From: Nemertoderma westbladi
Taxonomy: Eukaryota; Animalia; Xenacoelomorpha
DNA: 64,000 bases
Direction: 5' to 3'
Assembly (NCBI GenBank): GCA_032718475.1
Contig: JAUCBJ010001486.1
Span: 1-64,000, forward strand
Under the pieces are notes generated by a model, which saw only the letters and a program-made list of their open reading frames with translations, was not told the origin of the DNA and searched no databases. This document shows positions 23,060-35,961 of the stretch, one piece after another. How positions within the stretch are numbered: position 1 is the stretch's first letter; every line of letters begins with the position of its first letter. Position numbers and translations under genes: made by a program.

Positions 23060-24508
23060 TTAGTCTTTCATGCGCGGACGGCGTTTACGCAGTTTTTTAA
23101 AGCTAGCCAGAGTCTTTTTCTCTTTGGGGCGAGCCACTTTATAAGGAGGGCTATAACTCCTGGGTGAAGGGTGCAACATGATTGCATCAGAGGGTATAGG
23201 ATTATGGTCGGTGTATCCGCCAGTCGAAGTGCCGAGTTGATTGACATCAACGTCGGGGGAGAGGGGTCTAACGGCTTTGAGAGCTCGTTTCAAGACAGCC
23301 GCTCTTACGGGTCCTTTACGAGTGGTCTGAATGAGGGCCGTGGGTGGACCATAGGCAGTTAGAAACTTCCTTGGTTTAATGGTTCTTTCCAACTCGCGTT
23401 CGCGGGCTCGGTATTCGTAAGGCCGTCGATATACTTCTTGTAACTCGGGGTGTGAATTGACAAATAAGTCTCCATAGGCCGGATCTTGACGGATAAAGTT
23501 TATTAAGTTATACGAATTGATGTCACTCGGATTAATGCTCCTGAGGAATTTGCGTACATATTTGGTTGAAATACATTCTCCAACGCGCTTCAATAGTTCA
23601 TAACTCGATATGCGTGATTTCTGTTCGACAGAAGCGAATAGATAAGGATGGAACGCATAAATTCCTTCGTAAGCGCGTCCAGGATAATAACGATGGCGCG
23701 AATCACAATGTAAATTAGCATTCGCTTCCCAAGCTCTAATGTAACGTAGTGTGATCATTTCATCTACGCTTTCCAAATCGCGATTAAAAGGGCAATCGAA
23801 ACTGGCGTGTCCCTTTAGTGGACAGTGGTGACATTGAGTCATAAATTGAGGGCAAACCGCAAAAATATGCAAATTATTAAATCTGCAATACGCTCAATAA
23901 ATTTCCATCGCCGGTTGTTCGTGGAAATAGGAACAGCGGACGTTTGTGTCCATGGGCGTAACATGGTCTCTCGATGCGCATAACCGACAACGTTGCCGAG
24001 AAACATAGTTGGCATGGCGATAATCGTACGCAGTGAGACACTGTGGACCTTGATACCATTCTAGGATGTAATCGTTGTCGCTGTTCCGAGCGCGATAGGC
24101 TGAATCTCCTCAGATTCTAGGCATATTGGTTCGTCTTCCCAGTCTGTTACGAATAGAATTTTCGTGATCTATTCTCGGTTTATCGTTCCGCCTCCGCTGG
24201 GTATGATATTTAAATAGAACCACTTCCCTCTCGGCGTCTACATCGTCCGTACCATGCAAACCGATAGGATGGCCGGTAGTTAGGAAGTCCATATACGTAC
24301 TATTACGATGCGTATAGCGAGCGGTTAATTTTCGATAGTCCAATTCACGCGCAAGCTGCTCTTGGGACATCGGCGGTTCGATATAACGACCATCGTCCTC
24401 CGTAATAGTCGGATCGGCTTCACCGCGTATCAAGCTATCCACAAACGCTTGTAAAGGTAGAGTATATCGCTCTCTAATACCAAGGTCATCTTCTATTAAT
24501 TCCGTCAT
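23060..24508 (-). pseudogene. Accessory ORF of the BEL element (~480 codons, three CCHC-like zinc motifs, basic C-terminus) with two in-frame TGA stops
   Basis: ORFs 24110-24508 and 23060-23872 share a frame; the gap reads ...CRLCASRDH...RC...IY*AYCRFNNLHIFAVCP...CHHCPLKGHASFDC. Confidence 0.7.
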
Positions 24509-26130
24509 ATCTGCTATCTAAGTTTATTAATATTAGTATGAGTCAATATCCAGGCAAGCGGGCGTCGCTGCCTACTAGTCTTTGACCCCGGACAGTGGGT
24601 TTCTCAGCGCCGATGTACCGTTGTCGCGGTGTTTGCGCCAACATGTAGCAACAGCACGACAACGATAATCGACACAAGTCCCACCACTGTCCGTCCCAAA
24701 GGCTTGAATCCACTTGAGGTTATCTCGGTAGAGTTAGGCTACTTTACAATTGCGATTAGCTACTGTAAACACACTTTAGTAGTAACATTCACCTATAAAC
24801 GCACAAATTCCATACAATCATTACTTACTGCACACATGCAAGCCATTTGTCCGTTAGTCAGTGTCTTCCAGAATGTCACGTTATTACTATGTATCCTTGG
24901 ATACTAATAGTGCGCTATGTATACTCTTATGCTACGCAATGGGGCAAGCCTTTATTGTTCCTTTTACTTGTTTCTAATTCTAGCGTGGGTGTTGCCATGG
25001 TGACATTATGGAAAACTAGCGGTAGAATTAGGGCAATCCTCAGGCATACAGATCTGGGATGTTATTTAATAGTAATTCTTTAATTGTCAATATCCTCTTT
25101 ATGCATGATTTTATAAATTTTATCGGCTATTGACTATATGTTGGAGATTCTCACACTTGAGTACACTCAATATGAATCTCCGCTCCCATGATCTATTAAT
25201 TACTGGAATTTTGGGAATGTTATAAATTGTACAAAATGACAATTTATGAAATTCATTTGAATATGAATTTAAATTTATTCCCGTGAATTTTATTATTTGA
25301 TATTAAATTGACATAAATTTTATTCCAGAGCATATCTGGGGACTTAGGATCCTTAATTCTATAAAATAGTCCTTCTAAGAATATCGGTAAATACTGCGAT
25401 ATCTTAATTGACTAGAAATTTTAAAGGATCGGGATTTTACAGATTTTAACAAATATTAAATTAATATTTAGGATGGGCACCAATTTATTCCAGAACTTGT
25501 CTGGGGACGTTAACCACTGATTCTAGAATTTGTCTTTCAAGTATGTCGGTGGGTGCCACGATATCTTAATCGACTAGAATTACAGATGGTCAAAAAATTT
25601 AACAGATTTATTTGCGATTGACGCTACTGTTAGAGGGACATCACGCTACTATATGTATTATTTGTTATAAGGTAGAAGAGCAATATCGCACGAAGCAATG
25701 TCAGTGTGAAGAGGCAAGTCGTTTCCAAGGTCTACCCAGAGCTTGGTTTAGCCGAGACACGAGGATCTGAACTTTGCATTCCTAATACTCTGCCTACCAA
25801 TAATACTTAAATATAGTAGTGGCTTTATTGTACTTTAAGAAGTACTGACATGTCATCTTACTATAGTCTCGCATTTATAATATAATACGGACAGTAAGGA
25901 AAGAGAAAAATAATTATTTCTCGCCGTCGCACTAAATATATATTATAAGTAATTACATACGTAATAAACACTAATATATTGCACTAATCTACTAAATAAT
26001 CTCTAAAATAACATTCTACTAAATAAAATTAAAGAAAACGATTATAATAAAATTACATAATAATACATACATAAATATAAAATAAAAACAAATATAAAAT
26101 GATATAGTCACACGCCCACTCCACATGCTA

Positions 26131-29100
26131 TCACGTTATGGAGTCCCTAGATATTTGCCGGATTAGGGAAGTAGTCGTAGGAAGAGTATCTTGCCTTCCA
26201 TAGTTTCCGGACAGTTTTCGGTCTCTTTCCAGTAAACATAAACGACTAGCTGGGCGATTGAGTGGTTGTGTTAGTTTCTCCGCTCCCTTGGCCTGTCTAC
26301 TCTCCGCCGTGGTAAGATGAGGAGGCCATTCTTCTTCTTCTTTACTTAAGAAGTCGGATCCACCTAACCAGCCTGGAGTATCTATCAGTTCTTGAGGAGT
26401 TGCTCCTCTGGTGGCTCCTCTGCGCCGGATGTCGGCTGGATTAATCGTCCCAAGACAATGTCTCCATTGATCTACATTGGAGTTAATATCGTCATTATCT
26501 GAGGAGTATGGTGTTCCCTCAGTTGGGTCGTCCACATCACTGCTCTCCACTTCCCCCTTTACTTGATATACCTGTTGTTGAGGTAATCTCTCTTTGAGAG
26601 TTCTACGGGAAGGGCCAGTGAAGTACCAACCTACTCTAGTTCTTACCGCATAGGTTTGTAGTGGCTGTGGTTGAGCAGGCCGTTTCTCTAATGGCTCGAG
26701 CGCCTCATGCGCGTTTTGGCCGATGAGTATTTGCACTCCAGGATAATCGGTTTGGAATCGAGGTATCTCAAGATGTTGGATGCACTCGTCCTCGTCCCAG
26801 TTATAAGGTTCTGCTTGAGTAGTAGCAAAGTTCTTTATAGCCACCATTTTTACTGACCTTATACCTTGTGTTCCTAACTTATCCTGGGGGGTGGACAACA
26901 CACCTACATAGTAATCTGCCATTAGGGTAGATTTCCAAACCTGCATAATTCCTGACATATTCAATTTAGTCCGGAACTTGGGTTGTCCAGCAAAGATATC
27001 TTCGGCTAGTTCTTGATCGATGAATGTTCCTGTGCTGCCGGAGTCAAGTAGGGCGTTCACTATGTAACTCTTGTTGAGACCATGAACTCGAACTTGCACT
27101 ACAGGAAATTCTCTTATTCCTATGTTGGAAGTTGGAACTTTCCAAGATGGTTGTTTGTCAAAAGGAGTTGGAGTAAACTCGTCAGTGTCCTTTTCATCCG
27201 TAAGTGCTCGATACACTGTGGTATTTATTAGATAACAGGATTCGTTGGCATCGGAGAATTCGTCCGTATAGAATCCTTCCCACTCAGAACTTTGGTCAGT
27301 GTCGTTCACATCACTGAATTGGACATGTGATTTGGGCTCACTTACCTGACTCGGGCTGTTTCGTTCGAATTCCGTGTGTAACAAGCTATGATGTTTCGCG
27401 CCGCACTTAGCACACCTTGCGTCAGAGTAACAGGTTCGCCGCTGGTGTCCGCGTCTGAGACAGTTATAACATAACCGCTTATCCCACAGGACTCCACGTC
27501 TATCTGCCATGGATTTCTTTAGGAATTCTGCACACGCACTCAAACGGTGGGGCCCGTCGCACAGCGCACATTTTGGTTTGATGTTACTCACCTTAACTTG
27601 GTTAACGTTCTGCACTCTCGTTCTTTCTTCGGGCTTTCTTCCGTGAATTCTCTTAGGAGACGTAGGAGGAGTTGTTGTTACCTGTTCTCTCCTGTCACTG
27701 GTTCGAGACTTGTATTTACTTACGTCTTTATAGGTCTTGTTGTCATAGTAAGATCGTTCGGTGTCTTTCCCGCTGTCCTCTTCTTGAGAAGCTTGGCTTT
27801 CGCCGTCGTCAGTATAACACACTGGTATTATCCTTCTCCTAGAAACGGGTTTCTCACTTACCTTATTTTCCGATGTTTTCTCTCTGGACTGCCTTATGAG
27901 TTGTAATTTTACTTCACTATCTAAGAAGGACATGAGATCAGCCATGGTAGGGCTTCGGCGTTGTTGTTCATTCATGTACAACACTTTCTTGTCCCAGCGC
28001 GTACATACTCCACCCTTTGGTAAAGTAGAGACTACGGCTCCAATGACCATGGAACTCTGATATTCATGCGACTTACCTAACCAGTCCAGTTGTCTACAGA
28101 TCTCTTGAATTTCATCGGAAAACTCTATAATCCCGCTACTAAGGAAGTGTCGGGGGGCTACTAATTTTGCATACAAATACTTAGCTATGTTATCCTTGTT
28201 ACCATACCTGATGTTTAATGTATCCCAAACTTGTCTTAATCCTTCTGGATGTCCAATAAACTTTAACGCCATTAACTTGGGAGGTCCTTCCAAGCACTTG
28301 ATGAGGAATCTAAGTTTCTCTCCGTTAGATAGTACAGAGTTCTGTATGCTATCTTTGTAATATTCGTTGAAAGGTAACCATTTCATCTCATCTCCATTGA
28401 ATTTGACGATCTCTCCCACTTTGACCGCTTGGCGGGCTTCTGTTCTAGCCATCTGACGCGTAAAGCTTTCTTGGGCCATCGTGTTATTTAATATCGAATT
28501 ATCGGTATACAAATTTCTCGGATCATTATCAGGTCTATAGGGAATATCATTAATAACAGGTCTATAATCACCCTTAATAGGGTTTGCTATAGGAGTTTCA
28601 ACTTCACTAGCAGTATAGATGCGTGTAGGCTCCACACCTTGCGCATGTAATACTTCAGACCTAACGGGTTGACACAATGTTACAGGGGGTATTGGTATGC
28701 CTTTTTGTATATTGACTAATTTGTCGCGTTCTAGCGCGATACTTTGCTGCACTTCTTGCAACTCTGCTCTACCTTCCCTCACTGTTCCCTTAAGTTGGTG
28801 GACAGTCTCCTGCATCTGTCCTAACAGGAGATTCATCCCCCGCCGTCCCTCTTCCACCCACTCAACCGCCGAAGCGGGAGTCGCCAACATAGTAGCGGGC
28901 TGACGCGGGACGACGGGAGACAAATTATTGATTTCTCTCTCTGCTATCTGGACAGGGGTATTTGCATGGACTGTTCCACCGGGTACAGGCAGTGTAGTAC
29001 TATGTAAAGGGAATTTAGAGTTAAGCTCTGGAAGTGTAGGGGTCTCTAGCACAGAAGTGACTTTGGGAACAACAGGCCTAATTATTTCAGGTTCATCGAC

Positions 29101-30336
29101 TATAGTAGGGAGTGTTTTGACCTTAATAATTTGGTCTGTAGGTTCTATACTACTCAAGTCTGTGCTAGCTAGTTGTCTTCTAACAGCTGGGGGCAAATCA
29201 GGCAATTTGTGACGGTAAGATGTTTTTCTACGCCTACTTAGATGAGATCTATTTCCTCCGCCTTCAGGATCGGTGGTCTCGCCTTCCTCCGATGATGTGT
29301 ATCCCTGGCGTTTGGGAGTAGATCGACTCATCATCTGCATTTGATTAGCAGTAAACTGTTTATTTATACTGTCTTGCGTCTCTTGCAGATTTTCCAACTC
29401 CAGTTGGATAGTCTCCTCAGAAGCTCTCCGCTCTGCTTCTGCCACTGCTGCTTTTCTTTCGGCTTCTGCTTCTGCCGCCGCTGCTTTTCTTTCGGCTTCT
29501 GCTTCTGCCGCCGCTGCTTTTCTTTCGGCTTCTGCTTCTGCCGCCGCTGCTGCTGCCACCCTTCTTTTCTCTATCCATTCTTTCTTTACTTGTTCTTCTT
29601 GGACTCTAATGAGGCGGAGTTTTTCATCACATTCAGCTTGGTTTGCAGCTAACATTTCGGCATCGATTGAGTCCAACACAAGCTTGGTTCCTTCACTATT
29701 AGGGGAAAGTCCAGACAGCCGTCTCCTCAACTCTTCGTCTCCTAGGAATCGCTGATAGTCGGACAAATAAATGTCGATAGCGTCTCTAGTTCGCGGCTTC
29801 TCTGCTGATGTTAATTCGCTTTCCACTTCGCTTTCCACCTCGCTTTCCACTTCGCTTTCCACCTCACTTTCCACTTCGCTTTCCACCTCACTTTCCACTT
29901 CGCTTTCCACCTCACTTTCCACTTAAGAAGAAGTGGCGTCGGTTGATTCTTCATAGGTTGGCCGCTCATCATAAACCGTATCCGCCATCTTCGCTCCGCG
30001 TTCGGGCGTCCGCTCAACAGTATCCGAACTACTGGAGCTATCGGGCCGCTGAGAACTAGGTTCTTGGCTAGGAGGTTGCTGCTGTTTTATAGCTTCTTCT
30101 TGATCCCGCTTGACTTGGGCCCGAGTGCCTATGGCAGACCAACGGCGCTTCACTAACTTCGCAAATTGCGAAATCTTTTCTACCAACCTAGGTTCTGACA
30201 CAACCACTGCAGGGGTTGCCCTTCTTACAGTATGAGGGGTTTCAGACCTCGGTCTGGGATTCTCTACACTTTGATCTGAGAAACAGGCTGTTGTTTCTAG
30301 GAGACTATCTGACAGAGTTTGCCTTGTGTCAGCCAT
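26131..30336 (-). pseudogene. BEL/Pao Gag-protease polyprotein with RT, RNase H and integrase deleted; premature TAA at 29923-29925
   Basis: KFNGDEMKWLPF...EKLRFLIKCLEGPP Gag core; CALC, CYNC and CAKC knuckles; ALLDSGS; then directly the WRH...NPAD..RG...W..G..FL remnant that normally follows RNase H. Confidence 0.88.
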
Positions 30337-31689
30337 GTTTGATTGTACAGTTGAATGCCTACTGCTATATTACAGTTAAAGCAAGTCTAGTAATTCAGTA
30401 TCACTGTTAGCCTAATAATTAATTACCGATACTGCTACTCAGTGTAGCGTGATATATATATAATATATTAGAATACCGGTATGCTTATAATATATATATA
30501 AGTATTATTACAGACTAGATTTGTCACAGAGTACCGGTATATAATTTTAGCACAAATATATATAAATATATAATAGGCCTATCGTGAATACCGGTATACA
30601 GCCTACACTTATAGTATATAAGTATAATTCTGGACTATAATTAATTACAGAGTACCGGTATGATTTCAGCACAAATTTATAGAAATAAATATAATAAGCC
30701 TATGGTAAATACCGGTATGTCAATTATTTTAGAATAATTGAATTTCTGAATATTTTAGGGTTACTTGGTTACTTTAACTTACTTTGTTACCGTTATTTAA
30801 GCAGTAGTCCAACTGATATTGAGACCTAGTTGCTGTATGGCAGGCCTACTATTTATAAATCGTTTGAGTTGATTTATAATATTTATATACCCATTTAAAA
30901 GGGTTTTGTCAATATTTGAAATAAATGTTATTATTTCTGGGGGAGTCACTACACAGAAGCTGAACGCCTCTCAGTGAAGTGCTATTTATTTGACACTAAA
31001 ACTGATAATTCTAATTTACCTAAGTTACTTAATGCTACAAATTACTTACGATACTGGGTGAGATTAATTCTCTAATTAAACACAACAAAATATTACGTAC
31101 GAAATTTTTTTAGGGTAATTTTACAGGAAGTCTACAAACCAGTCCAACAAAGGGTTAGATTTCTGGTTATTACAAAGGACAGGGTACTACGGTATTTAAA
31201 TAATAAGTAGTAGTAAATATATTGTACTGTCCAGATAGGAAAATACCACCGCCTGACGACCTATAACCGCATCGCTATAGGTTCTACGTTATGTATCACG
31301 GATTGTTCCTACCCAGAAGCTAATAGAGCTAACGAATGTGCCTATCAACCACTTTACAACACAAATATACTGCCTACACTAATTACTTCGGAAAGCACTG
31401 TACACTAAACCCTAAATTAGGTACAAGTACCGGTATAACAAATAATCAGTAGTTAAATATACTTGAACAGTTAAAAGAACCACGGCATCTGCTGGAGTGA
31501 CCGAAGCACAAAGTCGTCAGTCTTTACTTACGCCAAGCAGCCCTGATGTAGTACCGGGGTTAGTTTAACTATAACGGTATGTGTAACAAGCACAATTACT
31601 GTAGGAATAAACTTGGGGACATGAATGTTGCGAATAATCGCATAAACTCTGAATAATAAATATTACGCTACCCGTACAGAATACTCAAA

Positions 31690-32215
31690 CAAATACAAAC
31701 CAAACGCTGGCAGACTACTATTAAGTCTAAACAAACTACAGTATGTGCAGATTCTGAAACTGTTAGTTAGTATGCGTTCTAACACGGTAGTACGACTTAC
31801 TCTTTAAGAGGGGATTGACCTTACCGCTTATGGCTGCCCCAACTTACTAACGGCACTTTATCAGACCAACTCTACACACGCAGCAATCCCTTCAGACCCA
31901 AAAATAGCTAGACAACAATCCAGCCTACAAATATTTGAGTAATAACTATTACGGTACCTGAACAGACCACACAAACAAACACAGGCTAAAACACTGGCAG
32001 ACTACGATCAAGCCTAAATAAACTACAGTATATGCAGACTCTGAAACTGTTAGTTAGTATGCGTTCTAACACGGTAGTACGACTTATTCTTTAAGAGGGG
32101 ATTGACCTTCAGCATATGGCTGCCCCAACTTACTAACGGCACTTTATCAGACAAACTCTACACACGCCGTAATCTCTCCAAACTCAACAACAGTCAGACA
32201 GCAGCCCAGCCTACA
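31690..32215. repeat. ~290-bp period direct duplication in the long 5' leader of the BEL element
   Basis: 31705-31910 is similar to 31992-32215; a ~120-bp duplication also lies at 30470-30720. Confidence 0.8.
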
Positions 32216-32603
32216 ATTATCTGAACAATCTGAGCAGGGTCACACGCCTTCTGCTCAATATTAGCCTACTAGTAAATAAAACTGACAGAAATAGACCTAA
32301 GTAAAATCCCAATAAAAACCAGGCGTCCCCGATTTAATATCGAGACCTACCGGTATACAATAATCAAAATCGAATAATACTAAATGTACTTGTACAGCAG
32401 TACCGGTACCGGTGATGACAGTTAGGCCTACTGACCTGCAGAAGTACCGGTTCAGTTTTACCGGTCACTACAGTATTTTGCAACCTTATTGCTTACTGCA
32501 ATAAGATCGTTAACTGTTACTGTTCGACAGAACAGTATTAAACTGTATTTAATGCCTACACTTGCAACCTTATTGCCTACTGCAATAAGATTATAACTGT
32601 TAC

Positions 32604-35600
32604 TGTTCGCGCTTTTGAAGACCTTTAGCAGTTTAACCTGCCAAAATTTATATGTCTTTTAGTTAATTAACACACCTTTAGCATACGACAATATTTTATG
32701 CTAATAAACAAATCATTAGCCGAAGCCAGCCCATGCGCGATCATTCACCCGATGGATCTACACCCGGGAGGCTGAATTCGGATGCTTAGATTTTATTATT
32801 GCAGTGTAAGGTTGCAGTGTAAGCCTACTGTATTATTCGATTGATCGCTAATATGTAATTTCTGACAGATATTATTAACTTTCGGGAAATATTAACAGTT
32901 CCTTTAGGACGTGGCGCTCTATCTATTTAAACAGAGCTAGGACTTATACTAAACGCAACGATAAGGCTTATGATTAAAGTATAAGTCGCATTCTTTAGGA
33001 AATGCTTTGTTACCAGTCACATCACACTCACAATCATGCACACTATTCTGCCGACCGTCAGTATATTTGATCACACATAAAGAGAACAGCAATTGACTCA
33101 GGTAGTGTCTACTAAATAACATTAGATTCAATACACACCACATTGATATAAATCGCAATTGTTATATATAGCCCGCCTCTCTAACCTGTAGTGTATCAAG
33201 AAAATTGGGAATTTTGGGTGATTTATCCGTATTCTCCAAAGAGCAATATTTCCATCAACAAATAGATACAATTAATAACTGACGGTAAATAGCAGTACAA
33301 ACAATATGATTAGTGCAGTTAAATTAAGTGAGGTAACACCGCCGGTAACAGTTATACTTTCTATAATCTAAGCAGTTTACTATAGTTCTTCCCAAAAAGC
33401 CGGTGTTTCTGGCTTAGACAGCAATAACAACAAAGTATCAAGTAAGGCAGTAAGACTGAACACGTTCGTGGGGACTTCGCGCAGCACGAGGCCTAGTTAT
33501 TATATACAAATTAAAATGCAGCGACTGTATCACAAAATCAGGTTTTGAGAAATTTACCCACACCACCAATCAATCAAAGAAAGGTGGACAGTACGTGTTC
33601 ACCCCTTTTAATCTCCCCCCCCCCCCCCCCCCCACCCTTCCCAACCACCAATACATAACCGCGACATCTACCACCCACGGAAGGGTAGCACGAACTTATT
33701 TCCAATCGCACGTTAAATATGCAAAGCCAGGTGGTTTATAGGAATATAATAAACGCAGTACTCGTTTTCATTATAAGCCTCTTTGCGTTCGTCCTGTTTT
33801 GTATTTAAATATATTTCTTAAACGCAAGCTAGGACGATCTTTATAATAATAATAACTAGGGATGCGATCAATATGTGAAGCCAGGTGGTTTATATAATAA
33901 TTTAGTCAACGCAGTACTCGTCTTCATTATATGCCTCGTTGCGCTCGTCGCTTGTCCTGTTTTGTCATAAAATATTTTTCCTAAACGCAGACTGACGATC
34001 TTTATACAGTTATAACTATGCGAAGTTTCGAAACTGTGCGAGTAACTGTTGATACATCTATGTGGAGATGTGTGATATGTGGAGATGTGTGATACAACGC
34101 CAACGCATCTTATGCCGATGTAGTAATATGGGTATTGAAATAATATTAAATCAATGTACACTCTTAAAGCTGCAGCGAAAAAATGTAGCTAATTTCCTAG
34201 GTTACATATAAAATAATAATATTATTTTTAAGAACATTAATTTTACTACTTTGCAAAAATTCAATTAAAAAATAACCAGACATATACATTGTGGAATAAA
34301 TCTGTCATTTAACTGAGATAGCAATAGTAGTAATAGTCGAACGGTTATGCGGCCCGTCCAGCCTATAATAAACACAATTCAGTGATTGGGCTGAAATAGC
34401 AATACTGGTTGCCTCTATTACAATTCCTCTCAGGTTAGTCTACAGCCACAACTCCCAGCAGCTAGCTCCACACCAGCAGAGACTTGACCAATAATGGGAA
34501 GGATTAAATTTGTACTCAATAATTGTGCGGTTTAATTACGTTTAGATCAATTAAAGACACATTTATTAAAGCAAATCACTTAAACTAATTAAAAACTATA
34601 ATAGAATGGCGTATGGGGATTATATCTGTATAATTTTTAAGTATAATTATTTAAATCTTATACTGTAAAACAATTAATTTCCTTTAAAAGGCAGGTTGAA
34701 AATGGCGTTTTCACCGCAATCAACTTAATTAACTAATTAACTGCTATTATCTTAGCTTCTCGAAGGCCACACGGAAATTCTACTTGGAAAATTTCTAAAC
34801 TTTTGCCAAACAACATGTGTACCAAGTTTGGATAGATTTCATCAAGGATTGGCCGAGTTATTAACGTTTAAAATTGAACACGACAGAACGACAGAACGAC
34901 AGAACGACAGAACGACAGGTTGATTAATGGTACCACTACGCTAAGGCTCACTCACTTCGTGGCTCGCCCCACAATTCCTCTCAGGTTAGTCTACAGCCAC
35001 AACTCCCAGCAGCTAGCTCCACACCAGCAGAGACTTGACCAATAATGGGAAGGATTAAATTTGTACTCAATAATTGTGCGGTTTAATTACGTTTAGATCA
35101 ATTAAAGACACATTTATTAAAGCAAATCACTTAAACTAATTAAAAACTATAATAGAATGGCGTATGGGGATTATATCTGTATAATTTTTAATTATAATTA
35201 TTTAAATCTTATACTGTAAAACAATTAATTTCCTTTAAAAGGCAGGTTGAAAATGGCGTTTTCACCGCAATAAACTTAATTAACTAATTAACTGCTATTA
35301 TCTTAGCTTCTCGAAGGCCACACGGAAATTCTACTTGGAAAATTTCTAAACTTTTGCCAAACAACATGTGTACCAAGTTTGGATAGATTTCATCAAAGAT
35401 TGGCCGAGTTATTAACGTTTAAAATTGAACACGACAGAACGACAGAACGACAGAACGACAGAACGACAGAACGACAGGTTGATTAATGGTACCACTACGC
35501 TAAGGCTCACTCACTTCGTGGCTCGCCCCACACTCTCCTTATGATCGGCTGAAAAGCTACACGTCGACAGGAAAAATCGCTCTGATTGGCTCAAGCCAAA

Positions 35601-35905
35601 CAAAGAACTATGCATCCAATGGCTGTTTCCATGTCAGCAACCAGCTGTTAGATGTCGTAATATGAATCATCACGGCTAAGCTGTGAAAGGTAGTTGGTGC
35701 ATTACAGGTTTTTTGCCTTACCATGTCCGCCAAAACACGTATATAGCAGAATGACTTTTATGTCCGTTAAAACACCTGTAACGGTACCTTGCGGGCGAGG
35801 GGAATATATATACAGTTAGAGAACCCTTTTAGAGTATTCCAGCGCCTGGGGGAAACTGGATTGCGAAGCAAAAGGGGCCAGTTATATCCCACAGAAGCTT
35901 TTACA
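32604..35905 (-). repeat. 5' LTR of the BEL element, split by a ~2.07-kb insertion at ~33464-35529
   Basis: The two halves match 21750-22608 and 22609-22981. Confidence 0.92.
33464..35529. mobile_element. Helitron/Helentron(HINE)-like non-autonomous DNA inserted in the LTR, including two tandem ~555-bp units
   Basis: Units 34420-34970 and 34971-35529 carry a (GACAGAAC)n microsatellite and end CTCACTTCGTGGCTCGCCC; hairpin plus CTAG at 33465-33496; the family assignment is an inference. Confidence 0.55.
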
Positions 35906-35961
35906 GTAATATATCATATTTTTAAATTTCTTCAGTTAATTTAAATTATTATCATTTTCAG

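Larger units (their letters stand above)
21750..35905 (-). mobile_element. BEL/Pao-type LTR retrotransposon, non-autonomous (gag-protease only, plus an accessory ORF)
   Basis: TG...CA 1232-bp LTRs; 5-bp TSD GTAAT at 21745-21749 and 35906-35910; PPT-like GGGAGCGG next to the 3' LTR on the minus strand; BEL-type Gag with three zinc knuckles and LLDSGS protease. Confidence 0.92.

Noticed and set aside
23877-24112. Selenocysteine or alternative genetic code to explain the two TGA stops
   Set aside because: No SECIS seen, other ORFs use TGG for Trp and TGA as stop, and point mutation is simpler
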